A stretch of 64,000 nucleotides of DNA from Candidatus Helarchaeota archaeon (GTDB lineage: Archaea; Asgardarchaeota; Lokiarchaeia; Helarchaeales; RDOG01): assembly GCA_019058315.1 (NCBI GenBank), contig JAHPZH010000002.1:909910-973909 (forward strand), read 5' to 3'. Below are positions 10,497-20,093 of this stretch, piece by piece; the stretch's first letter is position 1, and every line of letters begins with the position of its first letter. A program made the translations under genes and the position numbers. The notes under the pieces are model-generated. The model made no database searches. It had not been told where the DNA came from and saw nothing but the letters and a program-made list of their open reading frames with translations.

Positions 10497-12596
10497 ATGT
10501 TTCAAATTAATGAGGAAGGATATAAAAAAGATTTTCTCACTATACCAATCGAAATGATTAAATGTGAGATACATATTAAAAAACTGGCAAAACTAACTAC
10601 ATTTGAGAAACTAACTTTAAAATTTATTTATGAAGAAAATTCTCTTCAAGAATTACTAAATGCATTTAATGCTGGAACTCACATTATGAATTTCATTATT
10701 GCAAAACTTTTTTATCAAGGATTAATTAGGCTCAAATTAAATGAAGGTATCGTTGAATTAAGTGATAAAATTATTGATTATGTAAAAAACAATAAGTTAG
10801 ATGAATACTCAGAGGAAGAGAAATCTTATAAAAAAAGAAATTTTACGTTTATCCAGGAAAAAATAAGTGGCGAGCTATTTTTAGAAAATCGTGTAAAAGA
10901 ATATTTAATAAAACCACATTCCCCAAAGGATACCAATTATTATGATGTTAAAGCCAACATATATGGTAGTTTTCCAAATCTAAGAGATTTCTCAATAACA
11001 AAATTTGCAAAACGGGCAATTGTGGAATTAAAATCAGACATAGAAGATATAGAAAAAATTGAATTTATTAAAAATTTAAACCTTAATAAATTTTATATTC
11101 CCCTTGTCGATAAGACCAATAAAAAATTATTAAAATTGGATTATGATTTTTTTCCAAGCCATATTCAAAAAGCTTGGCAAAATGCCTTTGAATCTCAGCA
11201 TTTTAAAAGTGGAGAAGAACAAATAAATTTAGAGCTATTAAAAGATGAAACTAAGTTCTTCTCCATTAAGACCATTAAAGAGGAACTCTTTAAAGCTTTA
11301 GATTCTTTAAAAGAGCTATTTATAAGAATTAATGTTAAACAAGATAAAACTGAATTATTATTTCAGTCTGATATTATTTTAGATAAGATTTCAAATTTAA
11401 TAGAGAAAACTATTGAATTGACTAAAAGTATAAACCAAATTCAATTTAATTATGAAAAATCTAATATCTTCATTGAAAATTTTAAATCTTTTATAATTAA
11501 AGCCAAAAAACTTGTTATCATATCTTCTACTGAAATTAATGTGAGCAGTATTCCTATCTTAAGTTCTGTTATAAATGATCTTATTAAGAATAAAGTGCAT
11601 GTAATTCTTCAATGGGGATTGTTAGAAAATCAAAGATATCCTGATTTAGCACGTAAATTAGAGATATTTGAAAAAGAAATAAGAAAGATGATAGATAATG
11701 ACTTTCAAAAATATCTTCATATCTATCATACTACTACCAGAACTAATTCAAATTATATTTTAATTGATTATGATAAATTAATCTACTCTAATTTTTCATT
11801 TCTTAATTGGAATAAAGCACTTGACACAATTATTACATTTGTAGAAATTGAAGGTGGTGAAATGCCTTTAAATTTTTTAGAATTTAGTATTGATTACTCA
11901 CCCCCTGAATTTACACAAAGGTCTTTTTTAAATAAACTTCTTTTAGAGGGAAATGCATCTCTTTTAAAGAAATTATCTAGCCAAAGACAGAAGTTCATTC
12001 TAAATCTAAAAGAAAAATTCGAAAAATTAAAGAACCTTATTGAAAGCGGCAGTTTTAATAATGAAGAAAATGAAATTAATAATTTAAAATCAATTATTGG
12101 ATCAGGAATTAACTTTGATAGTGTTTCAAAAATAATAGATTTAGAACACGAAGAAATTCTTATTGATATTATGGAATCAACAAAAAATTCTATCTTTCTA
12201 TATACGGATGAATTAAATATCCTTCCATTTGGTCCTCATTTTGAAGAAAACATAGAAAAGTTCACAAATAGTGAATTTAGTATTATTTTAAATAAATACT
12301 TTTTAAAATCTGAAAATGAAACAAAATGGGCAAAAGGAATTAAAAGAATTGAATATATCTCAAATAAATTTCCTCAATTAAAACTTATAGAATTAGAGCA
12401 AAATTTCAAACTAAATATAGTTTTAGTTGATAATGGTTTAATTTTTTATTCAAATTCTCGCATTTTAGCACCTAGAAGAAGGATTGATTATGATTTCAAT
12501 ACTAAGAATTTTGGTTTGATAATTGATTCTGCTAGTGTCAATAAAGAAATTCTAAAATGCTTAAATACATTTCATGTTTTAAATTCTAAAAAATAA
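10497..12596 (+). CDS. Winged helix + two degenerate PLD-like domains (MkoB-like)
   Basis: PLD-fold patterns 'AKKLVIISS...VHVILQWG...TNSNYILID..LIYSNFSFL' and 'KLNIVLVD..LIFYSN' without HxK; starts 1 bp after the helicase stop. Confidence 0.62.
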   Translation: MFQINEEGYKKDFLTIPIEMIKCEIHIKKLAKLTTFEKLTLKFIYEENSLQELLNAFNAGTHIMNFIIAKLFYQGLIRLKLNEGIVELSDKIIDYVKNNKLDEYSEEEKSYKKRNFTFIQEKISGELFLENRVKEYLIKPHSPKDTNYYDVKANIYGSFPNLRDFSITKFAKRAIVELKSDIEDIEKIEFIKNLNLNKFYIPLVDKTNKKLLKLDYDFFPSHIQKAWQNAFESQHFKSGEEQINLELLKDETKFFSIKTIKEELFKALDSLKELFIRINVKQDKTELLFQSDIILDKISNLIEKTIELTKSINQIQFNYEKSNIFIENFKSFIIKAKKLVIISSTEINVSSIPILSSVINDLIKNKVHVILQWGLLENQRYPDLARKLEIFEKEIRKMIDNDFQKYLHIYHTTTRTNSNYILIDYDKLIYSNFSFLNWNKALDTIITFVEIEGGEMPLNFLEFSIDYSPPEFTQRSFLNKLLLEGNASLLKKLSSQRQKFILNLKEKFEKLKNLIESGSFNNEENEINNLKSIIGSGINFDSVSKIIDLEHEEILIDIMESTKNSIFLYTDELNILPFGPHFEENIEKFTNSEFSIILNKYFLKSENETKWAKGIKRIEYISNKFPQLKLIELEQNFKLNIVLVDNGLIFYSNSRILAPRRRIDYDFNTKNFGLIIDSASVNKEILKCLNTFHVLNSKK

Positions 12597-12619
12597 TCTT
12601 GATATAATTTTCAGTACGA

Positions 12620-15040
12620 TTGAAAATACAGAAGGATTATATTCTATTTTCAAATTTTATCAAAATAACGAATATTACTAATAAGCAAAATAATTTGGAT
12701 GGAGGAATAAAAATAAACTTAAAAAAAATTGAAATTAAGAATTTTATGGGCGTTCATGACGTAACCTTAGATAATTTAGGTATTTTTAATGTAATAATTG
12801 GAAAAAACAAAACAGGAAAATCATCTATCTTAAAATTATTAGCTAATTATAAAGTAAATGATAATTTTTGGGTGGCAAACAAAAAGTTTGCCTCTGAAAA
12901 AGGAGAAAATAAACCAATTGAATTATTAAAATTAATATGGGAATTAGATTCAGAAGATATAATACAACTTAAGAAAGTTTCTTCTAGTTTAAAAAATGCT
13001 AAACTTTCATCAACTAATCTAATTATGGTAACAGAACATAAACCCCTAAATAATCATTCTGCAAAATTTTATTCAGATCAAAATTTATCAAAACTTTCGT
13101 ATGAACTACCAAGTGTAGCTCAGACTATGTTCCAAAATACAATATTGGGGGGTAAAATTATAAATATGATTCCATGTGTAAGATATTTATCTACGGATTT
13201 TGAAAAACGAATTACAGAAATCGAATTGGTTAGTAATAAGCAAGATCCTGAATTTATTTTCTATACAAATCAAGATGTAATGGTTTTCGATCAAATATTT
13301 AATTGGATTGATATAAAAAACCGAAAAAGAGAAGAAATTCAAGAATTCATTAATATTATAAGGAAATTAATTAATGTTGATTTAGAAATTAATGAATTTG
13401 AAGCAGGAAACGATTTTCAACTCTCATTAGATTATGAAGAATTAGGTCTTAAATTTGAGAGAGCTTTCCGAACCGCTGGACATGCAACACAACAATTAGT
13501 TTTAATTTTATATTATTGTTTCTTTCAAAAAAATCATTTAATTCTTATTGATGAAATTGAAATAGGACTTCATCCAAGTCTTTTGAGGTATTTATATAAT
13601 GTACTTTATGAATTATCAGAAAGAAATAATAATCAATTAATTGTATCAACCCATTCGTCTGTCTTTCTTGATTTATGTCCAAATGTTTACTTATTAGAAA
13701 ATGCTGAAAATGGTTCAATCTCCTATAATCACTCGGACTTTATTACAATCAGAGCAATTGATGAATTAATAGACCCTGATCCTATTGATTCTGCATTTAT
13801 TTTATCAAGAGATGAATATTCACTATTAATACAATCAGGATTTGATGAATTAAATTTAAATATGATAAATAAAATCCATGATTATTTTAAGCCATTTGAA
13901 TTATTTTTAGAACACGAAGAAGGTCTTGATGAATATAAAAAGATATTAAAACTTGGAACTACTATAAAACATTATAATTCTCAACTTCTTCAAAATGTAC
14001 ATTTTTTAAGCTCTACCGTTGAAGAAATATCGCTAAATTATGATGATAAATTAAAAAATAAACTAAAGAAAATTGTAATTTGTCAAATAAACAAAATTAA
14101 GGTTGATAAAACATATAAGAATCGAGAGGAACAATTTAAGAATTTATGTAAAGAATGTTGGAACCCAAAATTCCAGAATATTTTAACATATTCTCCGATG
14201 AAAGCAGAGGAAAAAAGGATTGAGATAATTGAACATTTGAAAAAATTGAAGAAATATAATAAAATTAACAATATTAATCAAAATTCTATCATTATAGTCT
14301 TTCCCGAAAATAGCTTTCCTTATATTGCTTTAGAAAATCTCATTAAATTTGCCACAAATGAAAAAGTTATAATTGTTGGAGGAATGGAACATAAGAAAAT
14401 CGGTCAAATCAAGAAAATTTTTTCGAAATTACCTCATGAATATCAAAAAAGATTAATTATTCCAAATTATAATCAATATTTTAAAAAATTATTAAAAAAA
14501 ATAGGTAATAAAGATACTAATCCATTTGATCCTCTACAAGAACGAGATTTGGAAGTAATTACTAATTCTAAATTTTTAAATCAAGCTATAATTATAAATT
14601 CTGATAAAAGAATTTCATTTCAAATTAAGAATATTCCAGTATATTTCTTTAATAAAGAAAAAAATAGATATGATAAAGAAGGTATTCCTTCAATATTAAT
14701 ACCTCATTTTAAAAAATTTAAAACAGTAATTGGTAATTTAGCTATTCTAATATGTAAAGATTTTTTAGTTAATTATGAAATAATCCCTCAATGGATGGAA
14801 AAAAATGATATCAACATTATTATTATCCCTTCTTTTACTCAATTAGTAAAACCATTTCAAGATAAAATTGGAGAAATTATGAGAAATAAAAAAAATGAAG
14901 GAAAAATATTTGTATTCGCAAGTTTAGCCGAATATGGTGGATCTGGAGTCTATTGCTACAAAAAAAGGAAAGATTATGAACCTGGAAAAAAAGGAAATCT
15001 CGAACCTGGGGAAGAAAAATGCAAAGAATATATAATATAA
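12620..15040 (+). CDS. ABC-type (AAA_15/AAA_21-like) ATPase fused to a C-terminal nitrilase/carbon-nitrogen hydrolase domain
   Basis: GKNKTGKS, LIDEIEIGLHP, STHS; nitrilase triad VFPE / QIKN / ILICKDF. Confidence 0.8.
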   Translation: MKIQKDYILFSNFIKITNITNKQNNLDGGIKINLKKIEIKNFMGVHDVTLDNLGIFNVIIGKNKTGKSSILKLLANYKVNDNFWVANKKFASEKGENKPIELLKLIWELDSEDIIQLKKVSSSLKNAKLSSTNLIMVTEHKPLNNHSAKFYSDQNLSKLSYELPSVAQTMFQNTILGGKIINMIPCVRYLSTDFEKRITEIELVSNKQDPEFIFYTNQDVMVFDQIFNWIDIKNRKREEIQEFINIIRKLINVDLEINEFEAGNDFQLSLDYEELGLKFERAFRTAGHATQQLVLILYYCFFQKNHLILIDEIEIGLHPSLLRYLYNVLYELSERNNNQLIVSTHSSVFLDLCPNVYLLENAENGSISYNHSDFITIRAIDELIDPDPIDSAFILSRDEYSLLIQSGFDELNLNMINKIHDYFKPFELFLEHEEGLDEYKKILKLGTTIKHYNSQLLQNVHFLSSTVEEISLNYDDKLKNKLKKIVICQINKIKVDKTYKNREEQFKNLCKECWNPKFQNILTYSPMKAEEKRIEIIEHLKKLKKYNKINNINQNSIIIVFPENSFPYIALENLIKFATNEKVIIVGGMEHKKIGQIKKIFSKLPHEYQKRLIIPNYNQYFKKLLKKIGNKDTNPFDPLQERDLEVITNSKFLNQAIIINSDKRISFQIKNIPVYFFNKEKNRYDKEGIPSILIPHFKKFKTVIGNLAILICKDFLVNYEIIPQWMEKNDINIIIIPSFTQLVKPFQDKIGEIMRNKKNEGKIFVFASLAEYGGSGVYCYKKRKDYEPGKKGNLEPGEEKCKEYII

Positions 15041-15463
15041 TAATGATAGAATAAATTAAAATTAATTTTGAAATTAATCTTAAGGTTATTACATATCAAT
15101 ACACTAAAAAAATAGAAAGTAAAATAATTGAGAAATTAGAAGAAGATAAAAGAGAATTAAAAGAAATTATAAGATAATTAACTTTTAAAATTGAATTAAT
15201 GCAAGAACAATTTTTAAAAACTATGCGGTTAATTGATCAAACCATAACTGTAAAAAATATTGGAGAAATTGATTCATGAGAAATCATTAAGAATATTTTT
15301 AATAGTGCGTAATTTGAAAATATCTCTGCCAGATTTTGTTAAGAATCTCTCCCTTGAAGAAAAGAAAAAATTAATTATTCTTTATACACTTGGATCATTT
15401 ATTGTAAGCAAAACTTCCTACTAATCTTTAATTCGAAAAATTTAATAATAATCATTAAACTAA

Positions 15464-16480
15464 GTGATTAAGTGGATGGGAATGGAACCTAAAATATTAC
15501 AGAAAATCGAGAAATATGGAAGATATTCGGAAACTTTTCCCCTTAAAAAAGGTCCGGTAGGACCAGTTGAAGTGAAAGGTGTAAGGGGACAACAAATAAA
15601 AATTTATCTGACTTCTGATGGAATAGAAATTTATGATAAGAATAATGTATTAGAAAAGAGTATTTTTTATGACGAAATTGACGCATGTATAAACCTTAAT
15701 GTTGCCGAGCATTTAAAGATTCCAAAGAGTACCTTGACTTTTTCTGCCTATAAAGTGGAAACAATTTTATTACATTATTCAAATAACAAAAAATTATATC
15801 TACTATTTTGGAGTACTATTGCTGGTTGGCAACCTAAGCGACATGCAAAAGTCTTTAATAAAATACAAGAACACATAAATCGTCCGAATATAAAGGACTT
15901 TTTGATTGCTCTAGCTCCAAAATATGACGATTTTAAAATCCCAATTTCTCGAATTCAAGAAGAGTATCCTCTTGATGTTAATGAGATCCGCCATATAGTT
16001 GAGGAAATTACGGATTCGAATTTTAAATTCAAACAATCCAAAGATTATATTCTAGTGAAACCCAAACCTAAAATCGAAGTTGAAAGAGTAAGTATAAATG
16101 GAGAAGAAAAATTTAATGTAGTAGATAAAATAGAAATACCTCTTGAATTTCATATAACAAACCGAGGCACTTATCCGGCAAGAATTTCTCTACATCTTGA
16201 TGCTGCAAATTTACCAACGGGAAAACCTCATCCTCCATTTGATATTAAGCCAGGAGAAACCGCAATAAAGACCTTTCATGTTTCCACATTTGTAAAAGAC
16301 AATGAATATACAATGAATTTATTGCTGTGTGATAACAACGATGATAATGTTGAAATTGAAGATTCGGGAGTTACTTTTACAATAAATAGAAAAACATCAA
16401 AGAAAATGAAATTAAAAAATATTCTAAAAGCAGCTCTTTATCAATCCGCAAATGTGTTAGGAATCGCAAGGAAAATATAA
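15464..16480 (+). CDS. Hypothetical: PH-like domain, helical linker, Ig-like domain, basic amphipathic C-terminal helix
   Basis: 'KIYLTSDGIEIY...SIFYDEI' PH-like pattern; 'ITNRGT...IKPGET' Ig-like pattern. Confidence 0.5.
   Translation: MIKWMGMEPKILQKIEKYGRYSETFPLKKGPVGPVEVKGVRGQQIKIYLTSDGIEIYDKNNVLEKSIFYDEIDACINLNVAEHLKIPKSTLTFSAYKVETILLHYSNNKKLYLLFWSTIAGWQPKRHAKVFNKIQEHINRPNIKDFLIALAPKYDDFKIPISRIQEEYPLDVNEIRHIVEEITDSNFKFKQSKDYILVKPKPKIEVERVSINGEEKFNVVDKIEIPLEFHITNRGTYPARISLHLDAANLPTGKPHPPFDIKPGETAIKTFHVSTFVKDNEYTMNLLLCDNNDDNVEIEDSGVTFTINRKTSKKMKLKNILKAALYQSANVLGIARKI
16382..16480 (+). repeat. Direct repeat copy 1 (3' end of 15464..16480)
   Basis: 16382-16431 identical to 16710-16759, then diverged. 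Confidence 0.9.
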
Positions 16481-16488
16481 AAAATAAA

Positions 16489-16695
16489 ATGAAAGTTAAA
16501 TCAATGAGAAAAGAAGTAGATAAAGCAGATTTAATAATTGTTATATTAGTGCTAGTATTTTTAGCATCTTTAGTCTTGATTGATCACTTATCTGAACCTA
16601 TAATTGTCGTAACAATTTTAATTATCACAATTACAGTAATTATCATAAGAATAATCGTTTATTATTATAGATATAGAACAAATAAAGAAGAATAA
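16489..16695 (+). CDS. Small 2-TM membrane protein
   Basis: Two hydrophobic segments in 68 aa; lies between the direct repeats. Confidence 0.6.
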   Translation: MKVKSMRKEVDKADLIIVILVLVFLASLVLIDHLSEPIIVVTILIITITVIIIRIIVYYYRYRTNKEE

Positions 16696-16706
16696 AAGTT
16701 TCCTCT

Positions 16707-16811
16707 ATGATAAATAGAAAAACATCAAAGAAAATGAAATTAAAAAATATTCTAAAAGCGGCCCTATTAAGATCCGCAGATGTGTTAGGAGGATTTGCGA
16801 GGAAGATATGA
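16707..16811 (+). repeat. Direct repeat copy 2; reads as a 34-aa ORF MINRKTSKKMKLKNILKAALLRSADVLGGFARKI
   Basis: 50 bp identical to copy 1, then mainly synonymous changes and a 3-bp in-frame insertion. Confidence 0.85.
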
Positions 16812-17066
16812 CAAATAATAAAAAATCTAATTTTTTATAAAACTCATTAAAAAATGCCTTCCCATACTGCTCGGTTTGGTATTAATTAGATATAAGCATT
16901 ACTTTAAAATTTTAAAAAGCAGTTATTTTCAAACTAGGTATTTACAGACTATTAAAAACAAAATTATCGTCATCATCCACAAATACCTTTATCCAATTCA
17001 AAACCAATTCTAACTGAAAAAGAATATTATAAATGACCACTGAAAGAATATAAGAATTATACTAAA

Positions 17067-17705
17067 ATGAAAGAAAAACCATCTCTATTAATCATAGGAA
17101 ATTCAAATGTAGGGAAGAGTGCCACAACTAAACTACTTCTCCCGAATCCGAAGAAATTTAAGGGGAAAACGGGCAAATCTCCCGGGAGCACATTATTTAT
17201 TGAACCGATTACACAAGTTAACCTCCCCTATAAGATTATAGATTTGCCAGGCTTCGGATATATGCGCCATAAGGGTAGGAGAAGGGAAGACCATATTAAA
17301 AATTTAATCATTGTCCACATCGAAAAACACCACAAAGAGTATTTTTTTGGCATTGTGGTATTAAATATTCTCCGGATCGAACAGCAAATCACTAAATATT
17401 TCATTCAGGATAAAAATTCCATACCCTTAAATTTTGAACTACTCCAATTTCTAAAAGAATTTGATATTCCTTTTATTGTGTTACTGAATAAAATCGATAA
17501 AGTTTCAGAATTAGAAATGAGAAGGATTATTGCATTCTTTGTTGATGCAGCTCGAGAATACGGATTAAATCTAATTCATTTAGACAACTTTGATAAAACT
17601 AATGAAACCAAGATACCATATTTAGAATTTTCAGCACGAAAAAAAACAAATCTTGGAAAGTTAAAATCGATAATTCAGCATTATTTTAATTTATTTCCTA
17701 AATAA
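17067..17705 (+). CDS. engB: EngB/YihA-family GTP-binding protein
   Basis: GNSNVGKS, GKSPGST, DLPGFG, NKID, FSA. Confidence 0.82.
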   Translation: MKEKPSLLIIGNSNVGKSATTKLLLPNPKKFKGKTGKSPGSTLFIEPITQVNLPYKIIDLPGFGYMRHKGRRREDHIKNLIIVHIEKHHKEYFFGIVVLNILRIEQQITKYFIQDKNSIPLNFELLQFLKEFDIPFIVLLNKIDKVSELEMRRIIAFFVDAAREYGLNLIHLDNFDKTNETKIPYLEFSARKKTNLGKLKSIIQHYFNLFPK

Positions 17706-17898
17706 TATGAATGAAATTTATTCGATTAGAGCTATAAGAAATAATAAATCTAATTTTTCCATAAAAATTCATTCAAAACAAGCCTATATCTATGGATTTG
17801 GTATCTTCAAACATAGGGTGAATTTGGAAACATAAAAAAGAAGTTATTTTCAAATAATTTATTTACAAACATTATATACAAAAAAACGAGATAAAAAA

Positions 17899-19179
17899 AT
17901 GCAAAGAACCAAATTTATTTTATTAATATTTTCTCAAATACTCTTAGTATCTTCGGTGTTTTTTAGTGTTTTAGACGCCCCAAATCCTAGTTGCTTAATC
18001 TCAGCACCCAATTTAGCCGAAATCCCCAGAAATCTTGTAATCGCAACTCCCAGTTATGTAAATAGATGGTCGACTACATATTCCCCGGACAATATCGATA
18101 TTTCAGCAGATGGACGATATTTTGTAACAGGCGACTCAGCCCCCGCCCCTACTAATCTTACCTTTTACGATAGAAACGGTCCTAGGTGGGCCCACATTCC
18201 AGGGGATGCTATCCTTGATGTAGCAATTTCTGCAAATGGGCAATATATAGTAACTGGAACCCAGATAAAAAATGTAACTCTTTATAACCGAGCAGGATTT
18301 CGGGATGATTATATTCCTAGTGATGGTATTATATCAGTTGCAATATCAGCTGACGGGCTTTACTTCGTTGCTGGAGATATACCTGGTCGCGTTCTTATGT
18401 TTAATAGATCTAATCCTCAAGCTAATGGAATTAATAACATGTGGAATTATACTACTGGTGACGGTAGTATTGGCGCACTTGCTATTTCATCAGACGGTCA
18501 ATGCATTGCTGCTGGTGGCTGGAATCAAAATATAACTCTACTTAATCGAGATTCTACAGTAATTCAGGAAATCGAAACTGGAGCGGTTCGATCATTGGCG
18601 ATGTCCGCTGATGGGACTTATATTGTCTCCGGAAATTCAAGCGGTTATGTATCCTTATTTAACAACACGGGTAGTTTGTTAGTGGGCTATGATATGGGGG
18701 AAGAAGTTCGAGAAGCGGCAATTTCGGCAGATGGTCAATATTTCGCTGTAGGAGGAATTAATGACCATGTCATGATGTTTAGACGAAATGGATCAATAGT
18801 CTGGGATTACGATACTGGATTTAACGTTTATTCGGTCGCAATGTCAGCAAATGGGCAATATGTAGTTTCGGGTGATGGAAATTCCAACGTAACACTATTT
18901 AATCAAACTGGATTTATGTGGAACTATACAACTGGGGGTTCAGTTAATAGTGTAGCAATTTCGGCAGATGGGCAATATTTTGTAGCTGGATCAGGTGACA
19001 ATTACGCCTATCTGTTTAAAAATCCATTACCAAGTGACGAAGACCAGAATCAACTAATTCTACTACTATTGGCTCAAGCGGGAACTGGAGATCAGTCAAT
19101 ATTCATGTTTGCGATAATCGGAATCGGTGCAGTGTCAGCAGTGATAATAATAATTCTACTGGTTAAAAAACAAGAGTAA
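17899..19179 (+). CDS. Secreted WD40/PQQ-like beta-propeller with C-terminal membrane anchor
   Basis: About 8 'VAISADGQYFVAG' repeats; signal peptide; TM + KKQE tail. Confidence 0.88.
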   Translation: MQRTKFILLIFSQILLVSSVFFSVLDAPNPSCLISAPNLAEIPRNLVIATPSYVNRWSTTYSPDNIDISADGRYFVTGDSAPAPTNLTFYDRNGPRWAHIPGDAILDVAISANGQYIVTGTQIKNVTLYNRAGFRDDYIPSDGIISVAISADGLYFVAGDIPGRVLMFNRSNPQANGINNMWNYTTGDGSIGALAISSDGQCIAAGGWNQNITLLNRDSTVIQEIETGAVRSLAMSADGTYIVSGNSSGYVSLFNNTGSLLVGYDMGEEVREAAISADGQYFAVGGINDHVMMFRRNGSIVWDYDTGFNVYSVAMSANGQYVVSGDGNSNVTLFNQTGFMWNYTTGGSVNSVAISADGQYFVAGSGDNYAYLFKNPLPSDEDQNQLILLLLAQAGTGDQSIFMFAIIGIGAVSAVIIIILLVKKQE

Positions 19180-19374
19180 TCTTCAAAATTTTCCACTTTT
19201 TTAATTTACCCTTTTTTAAATTTAGAATTTTTATGAAACTTCATGTCCTGTAATGATTCGTTTGCTATTCGCTAGGTAAAAAAATGCGCATAATTCTAAT
19301 ATTTGAAGCTGAATAGAAAAATATTTTAGTTTTTAAGTGAGATTATATTCCAAATATTTTTTTAGTGAATCAGC

Positions 19375-20079
19375 ATGAATGATAAAATACTATGTCCAAA
19401 CTGTTCTTCCCCATTAAAGCAAGTTACAAGGGCAGTTGTAAGATGTGAGGTTTGTGATATAGAATTTCCAAGGATCGGATTATTGATAAAGCACGAAAAA
19501 AACGTCTATGAAATTTTCACCTGCAACTATTGTGGCTGCAAGGAGGGAGAATTTCACGAGTATGGCTGTGAAATGGAGCGATGTCCGTTTTGTGGTCTGC
19601 AGCTTATTTCATGTGAATGTATTTACGAGCATCTAGGATACAAAATCGATGAGAATGCCCCTTACTCCGGTCTCCCCAAGAAAGTCTATGAGAAGGGAGT
19701 CTCTGATAAGGAAAGAGAAAAATGGAAGGAAATTTTAAATGATAAAGGAAAAATTTCCTGCCTCTTCTTTCCAAACATATGTCCTACTTGTGGAAAGTTG
19801 TGGCCTGCCAGATTTATGGCTGATGCTTGGGAGAAAGTCCCAAATCCCCGAGATTTAAAGTATCAATCCTTGTGCGTATCCTGTTTTTTAAAATTAAGAT
19901 CGGGAGAAGACATATCAACAAAAGATTTATGTGAATATTGTGGCTCCCTTAATCCAACCCATGTTATCGATTCGGAAAGAATTGAAATGAGTAAAGAGGG
20001 GAAGTTTCTTTGTGCAAAATGTCATGATTATATTAAAAATATACTAAAATTAAAAAAAGACATGCCAAGGAAGAAATGA
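19375..20079 (+). CDS. Multi-zinc-finger (CxxC-rich) hypothetical protein
   Basis: At least 8 CxxC pairs. Confidence 0.7.
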   Translation: MNDKILCPNCSSPLKQVTRAVVRCEVCDIEFPRIGLLIKHEKNVYEIFTCNYCGCKEGEFHEYGCEMERCPFCGLQLISCECIYEHLGYKIDENAPYSGLPKKVYEKGVSDKEREKWKEILNDKGKISCLFFPNICPTCGKLWPARFMADAWEKVPNPRDLKYQSLCVSCFLKLRSGEDISTKDLCEYCGSLNPTHVIDSERIEMSKEGKFLCAKCHDYIKNILKLKKDMPRKK

Positions 20080-20093
20080 AAAAATAGTAAATA

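Noticed and set aside
16382-16811. Duplication as a DGR template/variable repeat pair
   Set aside because: Differences are not confined to adenines (e.g. GCT/GCC), include an indel, and no reverse transcriptase is present.
19283-19310. AATGCGCATAA resembling the E. coli XerC arm
   Set aside because: No matching second arm after the 6-bp spacer; likely chance.
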